Shown here: piece after piece, positions 20,391-30,838 of the stretch
How the letters are laid out: every line of letters begins with the position of its first letter
Numbering within the stretch: position 1 is the stretch's first letter
Source of the DNA: Desulfurella sp.
GTDB taxonomy: Bacteria; Campylobacterota_A; Desulfurellia; Desulfurellales; Desulfurellaceae
Reading direction: 5' to 3'
DNA: 33,897 nucleotides
NCBI GenBank assembly: GCA_031960885.1
Contig: JAVRLY010000007.1
Span: 1-33,897 of the forward strand
Translations under genes and position numbers: made by a program
The notes under the pieces: generated by a model
What the model saw: only the letters and a program-made list of their open reading frames with translations
What the model was told of the DNA's origin: nothing
Database searches by the model: none

Positions 20391-23300
20391 GAATTTTCAT
20401 CTCAATGTTTATATCATCAAATCTTTTTTGGCCTGTCCCTACCGGAATCAGCCTTCCAACGATAACATTTTCCTTTAGACCCTTAAGTGTATCAATTGAA
20501 CCTGTTATAGCTGCATCGGTCAATATTTTTACAGTTTCTTGGAATGATGCAGCAGATATAAAACTATCCGTATTTAACGAAGCTTTTGTAATGCCAAGTA
20601 AACTTATTTTGCCAATCGCAGGTTTTTTACCATTTTCTATTGCATACTGGTTTTTTCTCTCAAAAATAAATTTATCAACTAAATCACCTTCTATAAAATC
20701 TGTATCACCTGCATCTTCTACAATAACTTTTGACAGCATCTGCTTTACTATTATTTCTATATGTTTAGTATTTATACTTACGCCTTGCAACTTATACACT
20801 TGTTGAATTTCATTTACAAGATGCCACCTTAAAACTTTTTCACCCAAAATTCTCAAAATGTCGTGTGGATTTATAATACCATCAGTTAAAGGGTCACCTG
20901 CTGTTACTCTATCGCCTGGATATACAAGTATGCGTTTGTTTCGAGCTATTAAATACTCTTTTTTTGCTTCACCTTTTCCAATTGTTGATGTGATAATAAC
21001 CCTTCTTTTGCCTTTAAATTCTCCTGCATATGAGACAATACCGCTTATTTCACTTAAAACTGCTGACTCCTTTGGTTTTTTTGCTTCAAATATGTCATTT
21101 AAGCGTGGTAAACCACCTGTTATATCCGTAGTTTTTGCCGCTTCTCTAGGTATTTTTCCAAGTGTATCGCCAGGTCTTACATAATCGCCATTTTCTTTTT
21201 GTAAAATAATGCCAGGTGGCAAATAATACACAGCTTCTTCATGCGTAATTTCTGATATTTTAATATTGCCATTTTCATCGATAATTTCAACTCTTGGTTT
21301 GAGATTTATATTTTTGCTTTCTATTACAATGTTACTTTTTAGACCTGTAATTTTGTCTATATCAATCCTTAGGGTTATATTATTTACCACATCAACAAAT
21401 TTTACATAGCCTTCCGTATCAACAAGCAAAAAATCTGTATATGAATCCCAATCAGCTATTGTAGAGCTTGATAAATAAATAGAAGAATCAGCTTCCATAA
21501 CGCGTTTTTTAACGGTATCTTCATAGCCAACGATTAAGTTACCAGCTTTAACTTTACTATTATTTTTTACATATACCTGACTTCCAATGGGCATATAATA
21601 ACGCTTTTTGAGTGTGTTGTCTTCATCAACAATTAAAATATGCGCACCATGTTTATCTACAATATCATTTTCAAAACCTTCAACTTCCAAAAATGATTGT
21701 CCTTTCAGTACCATAAATTTAACTATACCAGAATCGCTCGTTCTTATAAAACGCTTAATTGTATCATTATCATTTACATATATCCTTGCCCCATATGGTA
21801 AATTTTTCGGTACTGTATACACTTCTAATATCCTACCAACAAGCAATTCGCCTTCTTTTACAACATGATTTTCATCAACATTAAAAATCAATTTACCGAC
21901 AACATTAGTGTCATTTTGTATGATATCTTTTTCATTAATAAAATCAATTTTCCTAATATTGTAGGTTTCTTCTGTGTTACCAACACTCAGTATAAAATCT
22001 GTTTTAGTCTGCTCTATTGATATTTTTCCGCTGTTTACTGCAACTATTTGAGGTTCAATAATTAACAAAGCAGCATCTCGTCTACTTAGAATTACATTAT
22101 TCTTCTCAGAATTAATTGATGTTCTTAAGTTAAAATACTTAACTATGCCAGCTTTTTTGGTTTCTGCACTTACCTTTTCACCTGCCCTCAAAACAGTACC
22201 GCCTACGTGGAATGTTCTAAGTGTAAGCTGTGTGCCAGGTTCTCCAATCGATTGAGCAGCAATGATGCCTACAGCTTCTCCAATCTCAACTTTTTTACCT
22301 CTAGCTAAATCTCTGCCATAACACTTTGAACACACGCCATATTTGGACTTGCATGTTAAAACTGAAAATATTTTTACACTCCTAATACCTGCTTCTACAA
22401 TTTTTTCAGCTAATTCTTCTGTAATTTCTTCGTTTTCTCTAACAATTACTTCTTGGGTTAGGGGATTTATAATATTCTCTGCAGAAACTCTGCCCGAAAT
22501 CCTCTCTTGAAGTGATTCTATTTCTTCTCCATTTACTATTAAAGCGCTAACTTCTAAACCTTCTGTCGTACCACAATCATCCATTGTAATAAAAACATCT
22601 TGAGCCACATCAATAAGTTTTCTTGTAAGGTACCCAGCGTTGGCTGTTTTTAAAGCAGTATCAGCCAAACCTTTTCTTGCACCATGTGTTGACACAAAAT
22701 ACTCGATTACATTCAATCCTTCTTTAAAGTTTGACTTAATAGGTGTTTCTATAATGTCGCCAGATGGCTTTGTCATAAGGCCCCTAATGCCAGCAAGTTG
22801 TCTCATCTGCTGCAAACTACCCCTTGCGCCAGAATCTGCCATTATAAAGATTGGGTTAAAACTTTCATTGTAAACACCGCCAAGCTTTAGCATCATAACT
22901 TTCGAGATTTCTTCTGTAGCATTATTCCAAAGGTCTACTATCTTATTATAGCGCTCTGAATCGGTTAATAAACCTTGTTCATATTGATTTTGTATTTTTC
23001 TTGACTCTTCTTCGGCATTTTCTATTATACTTGATTTATCTTCTGGCACTAAAATATCATCAACAGATATTGAAATACCGGATTTTGTTGCCATTTCAAA
23101 ACCTATTTTTTTAACATTGTCTAAGAAAGCTACAGTTGTAGGCAAATCAGTATTTTTATATATATAAGTTATAAGTTTATTTAAATCTTTCTTGCCAAGC
23201 GTCTTGTTTATAAAAGAAAAAGGAACAGCTTTGGGTACTATTTCACTAAACAATACTCTTCCAACTGTTGTATTAATAATCGTATCTTCTATTCTGTACT

Positions 23301-24939
23301 TTATTTTTGCATTCAAATCAACCATTCCATTTTCAAAAGCTAGCATCACATTCCAAAAATTTGCGAAAATGGTTGATTCACCTTTGGCATTTTCTCTTGC
23401 TTTTGTCATATAATATACGCCAAGAACCATGTCTTGGGATGGAACAGCAATTGGGTTTCCATGTGCTGGTGAAATTATATTTTGAGAAGAAAGCATTATG
23501 GCTTTTGATTCTAATTGAGCCTCTACACTTATTGGGACGTGGACAGCCATTTGATCTCCATCAAAATCTGCATTAAAAGCAGCACACACTAGAGGGTGTA
23601 AACGTATTGCTTTCTCATCTGTAAGAATTGGATAGAAAGCCTGTATAGATATTCTATGCAATGTTGGAGCTCTATTTAACAAAACTGGATATTCTTTTAC
23701 AATATCCTCAAGTAAATCCCAAACAATAGGATCTTTGTCTTCAACAATTTTCTTTGCATTTTTTACAGTCAGTGCGTGGCCTTCTTCTATTAGTTTATTG
23801 TAAATAAATGGTTTAAATAACTCATATGCCATAATTTTTGGTAAACCACACTGGTCAATTCTCAAATCAGGCCCAGCCACTATAACAGATCTGCCAGAGT
23901 AATCAACTCTTTTACCTAAAAGATTTCTTCTAAAGCGCCCTTCTTTACCTTTTATTGTATCGCTTAAAGATTTTAATGGCCTATTGTTTGATGCTCTAAC
24001 AACCTGTTTTCTTCTGCCATTATCTATTAAAGCATCCACTGCTTCTTGAAGCATGCGCATTTCATTTCGTACAATAATTGATGGAGCACCTAATTCTAGG
24101 AGGCGTTTTAGCCTATTGTTTCTATTGATAATTCTCCTATACAAATCGTTCAAATCGGACGAAGCAAATCTGCCACCTTCAAGCGAAACAAGTGGTCTCA
24201 AATCTGGCGGTAAAACAGGTAATACTTTTAATATCATCCACTCAGTTTTGTTTGAACTTCTTTTAAATTTCTCAATAAGCTTAATGCGTTTCATAATTTT
24301 TTTCTTTTTAATATCTGAAGATGTAGCATCGTATTCTTCTCGAAGTTCATTTAAAACTTTATCTAAATCAAGATTTTTTAATAAAGTATATATTGCTTGA
24401 GCGCCCATTTCAGCATTTACCTTTATGCCATAGGTCTCAATTGCTTCTTTATATGCACTTTCAGTTAAAACAGTCTTAACTGGAACCTCATCTACTTCTG
24501 AGTGAACAACGACATATGCTTCATAATAAACAATTCTTTCCAAGTCCTTAAGTTTCATATCAAGGATAATAGAAAGCATGCTTGGAACACTTTTCAAATA
24601 CCAAATGTGAACTACGGGGACAGCTAGCTCAATGTGGCCCATGCGTTCTCTTCTAACACGAGATTCAGTAACCTCAACTCCGCATTTTTCGCATACTATA
24701 CCCTTGTACTTAATGCGTTTATACTTGCCACACAAACACTCGTAGTCTTTCATAGGGCCAAATATTTTGGCACAAAAAAGACCGTCTCTTTCTGGTTTAA
24801 ATGTTCTGTAATTAATTGTTTCTGCTTTTTTTACCTCTCCATAACTCCACTCTCTTATGCGTTCAGGGGACGCTAGTTTTATTCTTATACTATCAAAATC
24901 CCTTGATGATTTTGGCTTACTTTTTAAAACGGTAAACAT
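20380..24939 (-). CDS. rpoC: RNA polymerase beta' subunit
   Basis: N-terminal Zn finger, GKRVDYSGRS, NADFDGD, EPGTQLTLRTFH, DITGGLPR and SAASFQET. Confidence 0.99.
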   Translation of the reverse strand: MFTVLKSKPKSSRDFDSIRIKLASPERIREWSYGEVKKAETINYRTFKPERDGLFCAKIFGPMKDYECLCGKYKRIKYKGIVCEKCGVEVTESRVRRERMGHIELAVPVVHIWYLKSVPSMLSIILDMKLKDLERIVYYEAYVVVHSEVDEVPVKTVLTESAYKEAIETYGIKVNAEMGAQAIYTLLKNLDLDKVLNELREEYDATSSDIKKKKIMKRIKLIEKFKRSSNKTEWMILKVLPVLPPDLRPLVSLEGGRFASSDLNDLYRRIINRNNRLKRLLELGAPSIIVRNEMRMLQEAVDALIDNGRRKQVVRASNNRPLKSLSDTIKGKEGRFRRNLLGKRVDYSGRSVIVAGPDLRIDQCGLPKIMAYELFKPFIYNKLIEEGHALTVKNAKKIVEDKDPIVWDLLEDIVKEYPVLLNRAPTLHRISIQAFYPILTDEKAIRLHPLVCAAFNADFDGDQMAVHVPISVEAQLESKAIMLSSQNIISPAHGNPIAVPSQDMVLGVYYMTKARENAKGESTIFANFWNVMLAFENGMVDLNAKIKYRIEDTIINTTVGRVLFSEIVPKAVPFSFINKTLGKKDLNKLITYIYKNTDLPTTVAFLDNVKKIGFEMATKSGISISVDDILVPEDKSSIIENAEEESRKIQNQYEQGLLTDSERYNKIVDLWNNATEEISKVMMLKLGGVYNESFNPIFIMADSGARGSLQQMRQLAGIRGLMTKPSGDIIETPIKSNFKEGLNVIEYFVSTHGARKGLADTALKTANAGYLTRKLIDVAQDVFITMDDCGTTEGLEVSALIVNGEEIESLQERISGRVSAENIINPLTQEVIVRENEEITEELAEKIVEAGIRSVKIFSVLTCKSKYGVCSKCYGRDLARGKKVEIGEAVGIIAAQSIGEPGTQLTLRTFHVGGTVLRAGEKVSAETKKAGIVKYFNLRTSINSEKNNVILSRRDAALLIIEPQIVAVNSGKISIEQTKTDFILSVGNTEETYNIRKIDFINEKDIIQNDTNVVGKLIFNVDENHVVKEGELLVGRILEVYTVPKNLPYGARIYVNDNDTIKRFIRTSDSGIVKFMVLKGQSFLEVEGFENDIVDKHGAHILIVDEDNTLKKRYYMPIGSQVYVKNNSKVKAGNLIVGYEDTVKKRVMEADSSIYLSSSTIADWDSYTDFLLVDTEGYVKFVDVVNNITLRIDIDKITGLKSNIVIESKNINLKPRVEIIDENGNIKISEITHEEAVYYLPPGIILQKENGDYVRPGDTLGKIPREAAKTTDITGGLPRLNDIFEAKKPKESAVLSEISGIVSYAGEFKGKRRVIITSTIGKGEAKKEYLIARNKRILVYPGDRVTAGDPLTDGIINPHDILRILGEKVLRWHLVNEIQQVYKLQGVSINTKHIEIIVKQMLSKVIVEDAGDTDFIEGDLVDKFIFERKNQYAIENGKKPAIGKISLLGITKASLNTDSFISAASFQETVKILTDAAITGSIDTLKGLKENVIVGRLIPVGTGQKRFDDINIEMKILDK

Positions 24940-24950
24940 TGTACCCCCTA

Positions 24951-27900
24951 TTATCTTCTTCTAACATCTTTTAAAAGTTCTATATCTAAACCTAAAGATT
25001 GCAGTTCTTTAACAAGCACATTAAATGATTCAGGTATTCCGCCAAGCAATACCGGCTTTCCTTTAACAATTGCTTCATACATCTTGCTTCTTCCGCTTAC
25101 ATCATCTGATTTAACAGTTAGCATTTCTTGCAAGGTATAGGCTGCACCATAGCCTTCTAGAGACCACACTTCCATTTCGCCAAACCTTTGTCCGCCAAAA
25201 TGAGCTTTTCCGCCAAGTGGTTGTTGAGTAACTAGGGAATAGGACCCAACGCTTCTTGCATGAACCTTATCATCTACTAAATGGTGCAATTTTAATATAT
25301 ACATTACGCCGACTGTTACAGGTTCTATTAATTTTTCACCAGTCAATCCATCATACAAGGTAGATTTGAATGTATCTATACCTAAAATTTTTTTATAATA
25401 ATTAAAATCACTTTCTTTTGGCCCTTCAAATACAGGCGCTGCAAAATGGACGCCTTGTTTCCATTCTTTTGCGAAAATATCAAGCATATTATCTTCCAAA
25501 CTATCTATGAATGCATCAGCATTGCCCATAAAAATTTGTTTTAGATAATCTCTCAATAAATCTTTCTTCTTTTCGTTAATTAGTTCATCAATTTTTTTAC
25601 CTAAACCCTTTGATATCCAACCTAAGTGAGTCTCTAATATCTGGCCTAAATTCATTCTTGATGGTACACCCAGTGGGTTTAGAACAACATCAACTGGAGA
25701 GCCATCTTCGAGAAATGGCATATCGCATGCAGGCAATATTTTTGACACCACACCTTTGTTTCCATGCCTGCCACTCATTTTATCGCCTACTGATAATTTT
25801 CTTTTTGTTGCAATAAAAACTTTTACACTCATAATTACGCTTGGGGGTAAATCATCTTCTTTGTCAATTTCTTTCACTTTCTTGGCATATTCATCTTTTA
25901 ATGTTTTTGCTATTTTCTTGTAATGCTTATCAATTTCCTTTGCTTTAAGTTTGTCTTTTGGAGAAAACAGCTCTTTTATTTGATTTTCATCCAACATATC
26001 AAGTGCACATTTATCAAGTTTTGTGCCTTTTTTGTACACAATATCTTTTAAATCCAAATCTTTCTCCAATGCAGTTTCTTCAAGCAAACGTTTATATGAA
26101 TCTAATTTCAACTTTTCTAAAAGATTCAATTGTGTTTTAAGCTCTTCATTCATTCTCCTTGCATCTTCTTTTTGTATTAATTCTTCCCTAGTTAATTTTT
26201 CTGTACCTTTTCTCCTAAATATTCTTACATCTATAACAACACCTTCTGTATCAGAAGGTACTCTAAGAGACGAATCAGACACATTGGAAGCCTTTTCTCC
26301 AAAAATAGCTCTAAGCAATCTTTCTTCTGGAGAATAGTGCGTTTCTGCTTTTGGCGTTACTTTTCCAACTAGTATATCGCCTGGCTTTACATACGAGCCA
26401 ATTCTTACAATTCCATTTTTATCCAAATTTCTAATCAAATCAGCCGAAGCGCTAGGAATATCTGAAGTTATTTCTTCTGGACCTAATTTAGTATCACGTG
26501 CGTAAACCTCAAATTCTTTGATATGCAAAGAAGTAAATAGATCTTCTTCGACAACACGCCTTGAAAGAGTTATTCCATCCTCGTAATTGTAGCCTCTCCA
26601 TGGCATAAAAGCTACAACCATATTTCTGCCTAATGCAAGCTCGCCTTTATCCATTGTAGGACCGTCAGCTATAACCTGATTTTTCTTTACATAATCGTCT
26701 ATTTTAACAATAGGCTTTTGTGAAAAACATGTATCTTGGTTTGACCTAACAAAATTATCTAAGTCGTATTTATCTATTTCAAATGTGCCTTCTTGGGTTT
26801 CAGACGCAATATAAATTTTATTGCTTTCTATTCTTATTACCTTACCTTCTCTTTTAGCAAGTACTGCATGTCTTGAATATGTTCCAACCTCTTTTTCCAT
26901 CCCGGTACCAACAAGAGGTGCTTCGCAAGCAATTAGAGGTACAGCCTGCCTTTGCATGTTAGAACCCATTAGAGCTCTATTTGCGTCATCGTGCTCTAAA
27001 AATGGTATTAAACTTGCTGCAACAGAGACAATTTGCCTTGGCGAAACATCCATTAGATTTACATCCATCCTATGGGCCATTATAAACTCACCGTTTTTCA
27101 TGGACGGGACATACTCTTGAGCAAATGAACGATCGCTATTTAAATCAACGCTAGCTTGAGCTATTATATGGTCCTTTTCTTTGCCAGCAGTCATATATAC
27201 TATTTTATCTGTAACTATGCCATTTTCTACTATCCTGTATGGTGTTTCTATAAAGCCATACTCATTAACTTTAGCGTATATTGAAAAAGAGACGATCAAA
27301 CCAATATTTGGTCCTTCTGGTGTTTCAATGGGACAAAGCCTACCGTAGTGAGAAGGATGAACATCGCGCACTTCAAAACCAGCCCTTTCTCTCGTCAAAC
27401 CACCAGGGCCAAGTGCAGATAGTCTTCTTTTGTGTGAAATTTCTGATATTATATTTGTTTGATCTAAAAATTGCGATAATTGACCTGTCGCAAAAAAGTC
27501 TTTAACAGCGCTAGCAACAGGTTTTGTATTTATAACATCATAAGGGGTTAAATCTTCTGTGTCTTTTGGCATCAAAAGTCTGTCTTTAATTAACCTTTGC
27601 ATTCTATATAAACCTTTTCTAAACTCAGAATACAAAAGCTCTCCAATTAAATGAACCCTTCTATTTGACAAGCTGTCCATATCGTCAGCTGACACTATAC
27701 CATTTTTAAATAAGATGATATGTTTTATGACTCCAAAAAAATCATCAACCGTAAGCACCCTAACACTTGGGGGAACATCAATATTTAATGTTTCATTTAT
27801 TTTTGCCCGGCCTTCTGCTGATAAATCATATTTCAATGGATCAAAAAAGAGTCCGGCAAAAAATTTATTTGCTTCTTCCACAGAAGAATGTTCGCCAGGC

Positions 27901-29027
27901 CTCAAAGATTTATGCAGATAAATCTTAGCGATATCGTCTGTAGGTATGTCCTCTTTTAAGCCTATTCTCCTTTTTTGCAACAAGTCGTGGTCAGCTTTTA
28001 ATGTCTTTATTACAATATCATCATTATATTCGCAAACAACTACTTTAAAACTAAAGTGTCCCATTAACTTTAATTCTTGCAAAATCTTTGAGTCTATAAG
28101 TGTAAGTGGTTCAAGCACAAACCCATTATTATCAATCTTTTCAGCATTGAATTTATCTATAAGTTCTAATTCATCAATAATAACTTGATCTATGCCTAAA
28201 TCTATTAAATGTAAAATAACCTTTGTTGTAAGTTTCTTATGTTTTTGAGCAATAACTTCACCTTCGATTACTATATCTTCTTTTAATCTAAAGCCTTGTA
28301 AATTTTTATCTAAGATAGCATAAAAATTACCATCTTTGACATTTATTTCAACTGTTTTGTATATCCTACTTAAAATATCTATATCGCTAAAACCTAATGC
28401 TTTCAAGATAACTGTTGCAGGGAACTTCTTTTTTCTGTCAATTCTAATATGTAACAGATTTTTATTGTCAGTTTCAAATTCCACCCAACTACCTTTTTCT
28501 GGTATTATTTGAGCGTAATAATTATTTTCTTTGTGCTGAGTTAGATTTTTGAATATTACACCAGGAGACCTGTGGAGTTGATTTACAATAACTCTTTCTA
28601 CGCCATTTATAATAAAACTTCCAGATTCACTCATCAAAGGAAGCTCGCATACATAAATTTCTTGCTCTTTAATATCCTTGACACCAATTTTATTTCCAGC
28701 TGCATCAATATCCCACAATGTGAGTTTTACCTTCAAAATCAATGATGCGCCATACGTAACACCTTTCAACTTGCAAACCATTGGGTTATATTTTGCTTCT
28801 CTTATATAGTAATCAACGTACTCCAACTTAATCTTTCCATGCACATCTTCAATTGGAAAAATCTCATTTAATGCATTTTCTAATGTTTTTTCGTAATCGC
28901 TCCCTTTTTGTAAAAATCTTTCATAAGATTCCACGGCCATGTTTAATATGTCTGGCACAGGTAGCACTTCTTGAGTTTGAGCAAAATTCACTCTCATTCT
29001 GTAGTCTAAGCAAAGAGGCTGCACCAT
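24951..29027 (-). CDS. rpoB: RNA polymerase beta subunit
   Basis: QLHRSPG, HKRRLSALGPGG, EHDDANRALMGSNMQRQA, GRHGNKG and GGQRFGEME. Confidence 0.99.
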   Translation of the reverse strand: MVQPLCLDYRMRVNFAQTQEVLPVPDILNMAVESYERFLQKGSDYEKTLENALNEIFPIEDVHGKIKLEYVDYYIREAKYNPMVCKLKGVTYGASLILKVKLTLWDIDAAGNKIGVKDIKEQEIYVCELPLMSESGSFIINGVERVIVNQLHRSPGVIFKNLTQHKENNYYAQIIPEKGSWVEFETDNKNLLHIRIDRKKKFPATVILKALGFSDIDILSRIYKTVEINVKDGNFYAILDKNLQGFRLKEDIVIEGEVIAQKHKKLTTKVILHLIDLGIDQVIIDELELIDKFNAEKIDNNGFVLEPLTLIDSKILQELKLMGHFSFKVVVCEYNDDIVIKTLKADHDLLQKRRIGLKEDIPTDDIAKIYLHKSLRPGEHSSVEEANKFFAGLFFDPLKYDLSAEGRAKINETLNIDVPPSVRVLTVDDFFGVIKHIILFKNGIVSADDMDSLSNRRVHLIGELLYSEFRKGLYRMQRLIKDRLLMPKDTEDLTPYDVINTKPVASAVKDFFATGQLSQFLDQTNIISEISHKRRLSALGPGGLTRERAGFEVRDVHPSHYGRLCPIETPEGPNIGLIVSFSIYAKVNEYGFIETPYRIVENGIVTDKIVYMTAGKEKDHIIAQASVDLNSDRSFAQEYVPSMKNGEFIMAHRMDVNLMDVSPRQIVSVAASLIPFLEHDDANRALMGSNMQRQAVPLIACEAPLVGTGMEKEVGTYSRHAVLAKREGKVIRIESNKIYIASETQEGTFEIDKYDLDNFVRSNQDTCFSQKPIVKIDDYVKKNQVIADGPTMDKGELALGRNMVVAFMPWRGYNYEDGITLSRRVVEEDLFTSLHIKEFEVYARDTKLGPEEITSDIPSASADLIRNLDKNGIVRIGSYVKPGDILVGKVTPKAETHYSPEERLLRAIFGEKASNVSDSSLRVPSDTEGVVIDVRIFRRKGTEKLTREELIQKEDARRMNEELKTQLNLLEKLKLDSYKRLLEETALEKDLDLKDIVYKKGTKLDKCALDMLDENQIKELFSPKDKLKAKEIDKHYKKIAKTLKDEYAKKVKEIDKEDDLPPSVIMSVKVFIATKRKLSVGDKMSGRHGNKGVVSKILPACDMPFLEDGSPVDVVLNPLGVPSRMNLGQILETHLGWISKGLGKKIDELINEKKKDLLRDYLKQIFMGNADAFIDSLEDNMLDIFAKEWKQGVHFAAPVFEGPKESDFNYYKKILGIDTFKSTLYDGLTGEKLIEPVTVGVMYILKLHHLVDDKVHARSVGSYSLVTQQPLGGKAHFGGQRFGEMEVWSLEGYGAAYTLQEMLTVKSDDVSGRSKMYEAIVKGKPVLLGGIPESFNVLVKELQSLGLDIELLKDVRRR

Positions 29028-29077
29028 ACTTCACCTCGTAAACATTTTATTTAATATTTATTATTGATATAAGAAAC

Positions 29078-29110
29078 AAAAAAAGAGAAGAGACTATAAA
29101 GCCCCTCCTT
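29078..29110 (-). terminator. Intrinsic terminator/attenuator between rplL and rpoB
   Basis: mRNA reads AGGAGGGGC-UUUAUA-GUCUCUUCU (stem with three G-U pairs), followed by C and U7. Confidence 0.7.
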
Positions 29111-29123
29111 AAAAAAACGAATG

Positions 29124-29507
29124 TTAATTTATTTCTACCACTGCGCCAGCTTCTTCTAATTTTGCTTTAATACTTTCCGCTTCTTCTTTACTTACATTTT
29201 CTTTTACTTTGCTTGGAGCTCCATCAACTAGGTCTTTTGCTTCTTTTAATCCCAATTGAGTTAATTCCCTAACAACTTTGATAACCTGAATTTTTTTATC
29301 GCCAGCGGACTTGATTATTACATCAAATTCAGTTTTTTCTTCTGCCTTTTCTTCACTAGCTGTTTGTTGTACGTTTGCTACAGCCACTTGCGGAGCAGCA
29401 GCACTAACGCCAAATTTTTCTTCCAATTCTTTGACAAACTCAGAAAGTTCCAAAACTGTCATGTTTTCTATAAATTTTACAACATCTTCTCTTGTAATAT
29501 CAGACAT
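29124..29507 (-). CDS. rplL: 50S ribosomal protein L7/L12
   Basis: [24 protein letters not shown] and LEEAGA. Confidence 0.98.
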   Translation of the reverse strand: MSDITREDVVKFIENMTVLELSEFVKELEEKFGVSAAAPQVAVANVQQTASEEKAEEKTEFDVIIKSAGDKKIQVIKVVRELTQLGLKEAKDLVDGAPSKVKENVSKEEAESIKAKLEEAGAVVEIN

Positions 29508-29527
29508 CTAATCCTCCATAATTTTTA

Positions 29528-30043
29528 TTAAGATTTTTTTTCTTTTAAAGCATTTAGTACATATAAAGGTTTTCTTAAAACACCAGCTAAAACATTCACC
29601 AAGCCTCTTGGCGGTGCATTCAGTAAGCCAAGTAACATAGCAAGCAACACTTCCTTAGACGGTAATTGCGAGATCGTTACAATTTGATCATGATTAAAAA
29701 TACTACCATACATAGCTGCAGATTTTAGCTGCAAATTTTCAATGCTTTTTTCAGCCTTTAATAAAAGCTTTGCAAGTATAATTGGGTCTTTGTAAGAAAT
29801 AGCGAAAGCATTGGGGCCTTCAAGTAGGTTTGAAATATCTGCCCATTTTGTATCCTTGATTGCTTTAGCTACAAGCGTGTTTTTTGTAACATTAAATGAA
29901 TCACCCAATTCTTTTACTTGTTCTCTGACCGATTCCAGTTGCTTTACATTAACACCAGAGTAATCTACTAAGTACACTGCTTGCGCATTCTCGAGATTTT
30001 TTCGTATTAACTCAACAATCTCGACTTTCTTTTCTTTTTTCAA
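29528..30043 (-). CDS. rplJ: 50S ribosomal protein L10
   Basis: DYSG..V, KNTL, GPNA and LPSKEVLLA. Start reassigned to TTG 30043, behind an AGGAGG SD. Confidence 0.95.
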   Translation of the reverse strand: MKKEKKVEIVELIRKNLENAQAVYLVDYSGVNVKQLESVREQVKELGDSFNVTKNTLVAKAIKDTKWADISNLLEGPNAFAISYKDPIILAKLLLKAEKSIENLQLKSAAMYGSIFNHDQIVTISQLPSKEVLLAMLLGLLNAPPRGLVNVLAGVLRKPLYVLNALKEKKS

Positions 30044-30063
30044 AACTCCCTCCTTTACAGACG

Positions 30064-30120
30064 GGCCAGTCTCAAGCAGGCAAAATTTAAAGCACATTAG
30101 GCTACCCGCTATCTTTGACC
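30064..30120 (-). promoter_or_regulatory. L10 leader (autoregulatory RNA upstream of rplJ)
   Basis: mRNA reads GGUC-AAAGAU-AGCGGGUA...UUAA...UGCCUGCU-UGAGACU-GGCC. The nested stems with an AGA/GAG internal loop and a UUAA motif match the known L10-leader architecture at the expected position. Confidence 0.8.
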
Positions 30121-30131
30121 TCTAAAGTTAT

Positions 30132-30821
30132 TTAAATTGCTTGCAACTTAACCTTTATACTGGGCGAGTGCGTTGTTGATATATAAAAAGATTTTATATA
30201 TTTTCCTTTTGCAGTTGCTGGTTTTGCTCTTAAAATAGTATCGTAAATTGTTTTTATATTTTCAAGTAAGTCTTGCTCATTAAAAGATTTTTTTCCAGCA
30301 ATTAGATGTATATTTCCTGTTTTATCATTTCTAAACTCAATTTCACCAGCCTTGAACCTTTTTACAGCATTAGCTACATCAAATGTAACCGTACCTACTT
30401 TTGGGTTTGGCATAAGGCCTCTTGGTCCTAAGATTTTACCAATTTTTCCAACAGCGCCCATCATATCTGGTGTTGCTATAACTTTATCAAAATCCATCCA
30501 TCCAGATTGGATTTTTTCTATTAAATCTTCTGCGCCTACAAAATCAGCGCCTGCTTCTTGGGCTTCTTTGATCTTTTCACCTTTTGCAAATACCAGCACT
30601 CTAACTGTTTTGCCAGTTCCTTTTGGAAGCAATACAGTGCCTCTTAATTGCTGTTCTGCGTGTTTTGGGTCAATACCAAGATTTGCATGCACCTCTACCG
30701 TTTCGTCGTAATTTGCATATGCTATATTTTTAAGCATACTTAATCCGTTTTCCAAATCGTATTCCTTTGATAAATCGTACTTTTCTAGAGATTGTCTATA
30801 TTTTTTGCCGTGTTTAGCCAT
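30132..30821 (-). CDS. rplA: 50S ribosomal protein L1
   Basis: [26 protein letters not shown] and KPATAKG. ATG 30821 behind a GAGGT SD. Confidence 0.98.
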   Translation of the reverse strand: MAKHGKKYRQSLEKYDLSKEYDLENGLSMLKNIAYANYDETVEVHANLGIDPKHAEQQLRGTVLLPKGTGKTVRVLVFAKGEKIKEAQEAGADFVGAEDLIEKIQSGWMDFDKVIATPDMMGAVGKIGKILGPRGLMPNPKVGTVTFDVANAVKRFKAGEIEFRNDKTGNIHLIAGKKSFNEQDLLENIKTIYDTILRAKPATAKGKYIKSFYISTTHSPSIKVKLQAI

Positions 30822-30838
30822 TGATAACCTCACTTTAA

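Noticed and set aside
24937..24953. Possible rpoB-rpoC fusion or read-through, as in Helicobacter
   Set aside because: rpoB ends in tandem TAA TAG, the 11-nt gap puts rpoC out of frame, and rpoC has its own AGGGGG SD.
30044..30097. Extended N-termini given by the ORF track for rplJ (also rplO, rplE, rpsC, rplA)
   Set aside because: The extensions overlap the L10 leader, upstream genes or SD sequences; downstream starts have properly spaced SD elements.
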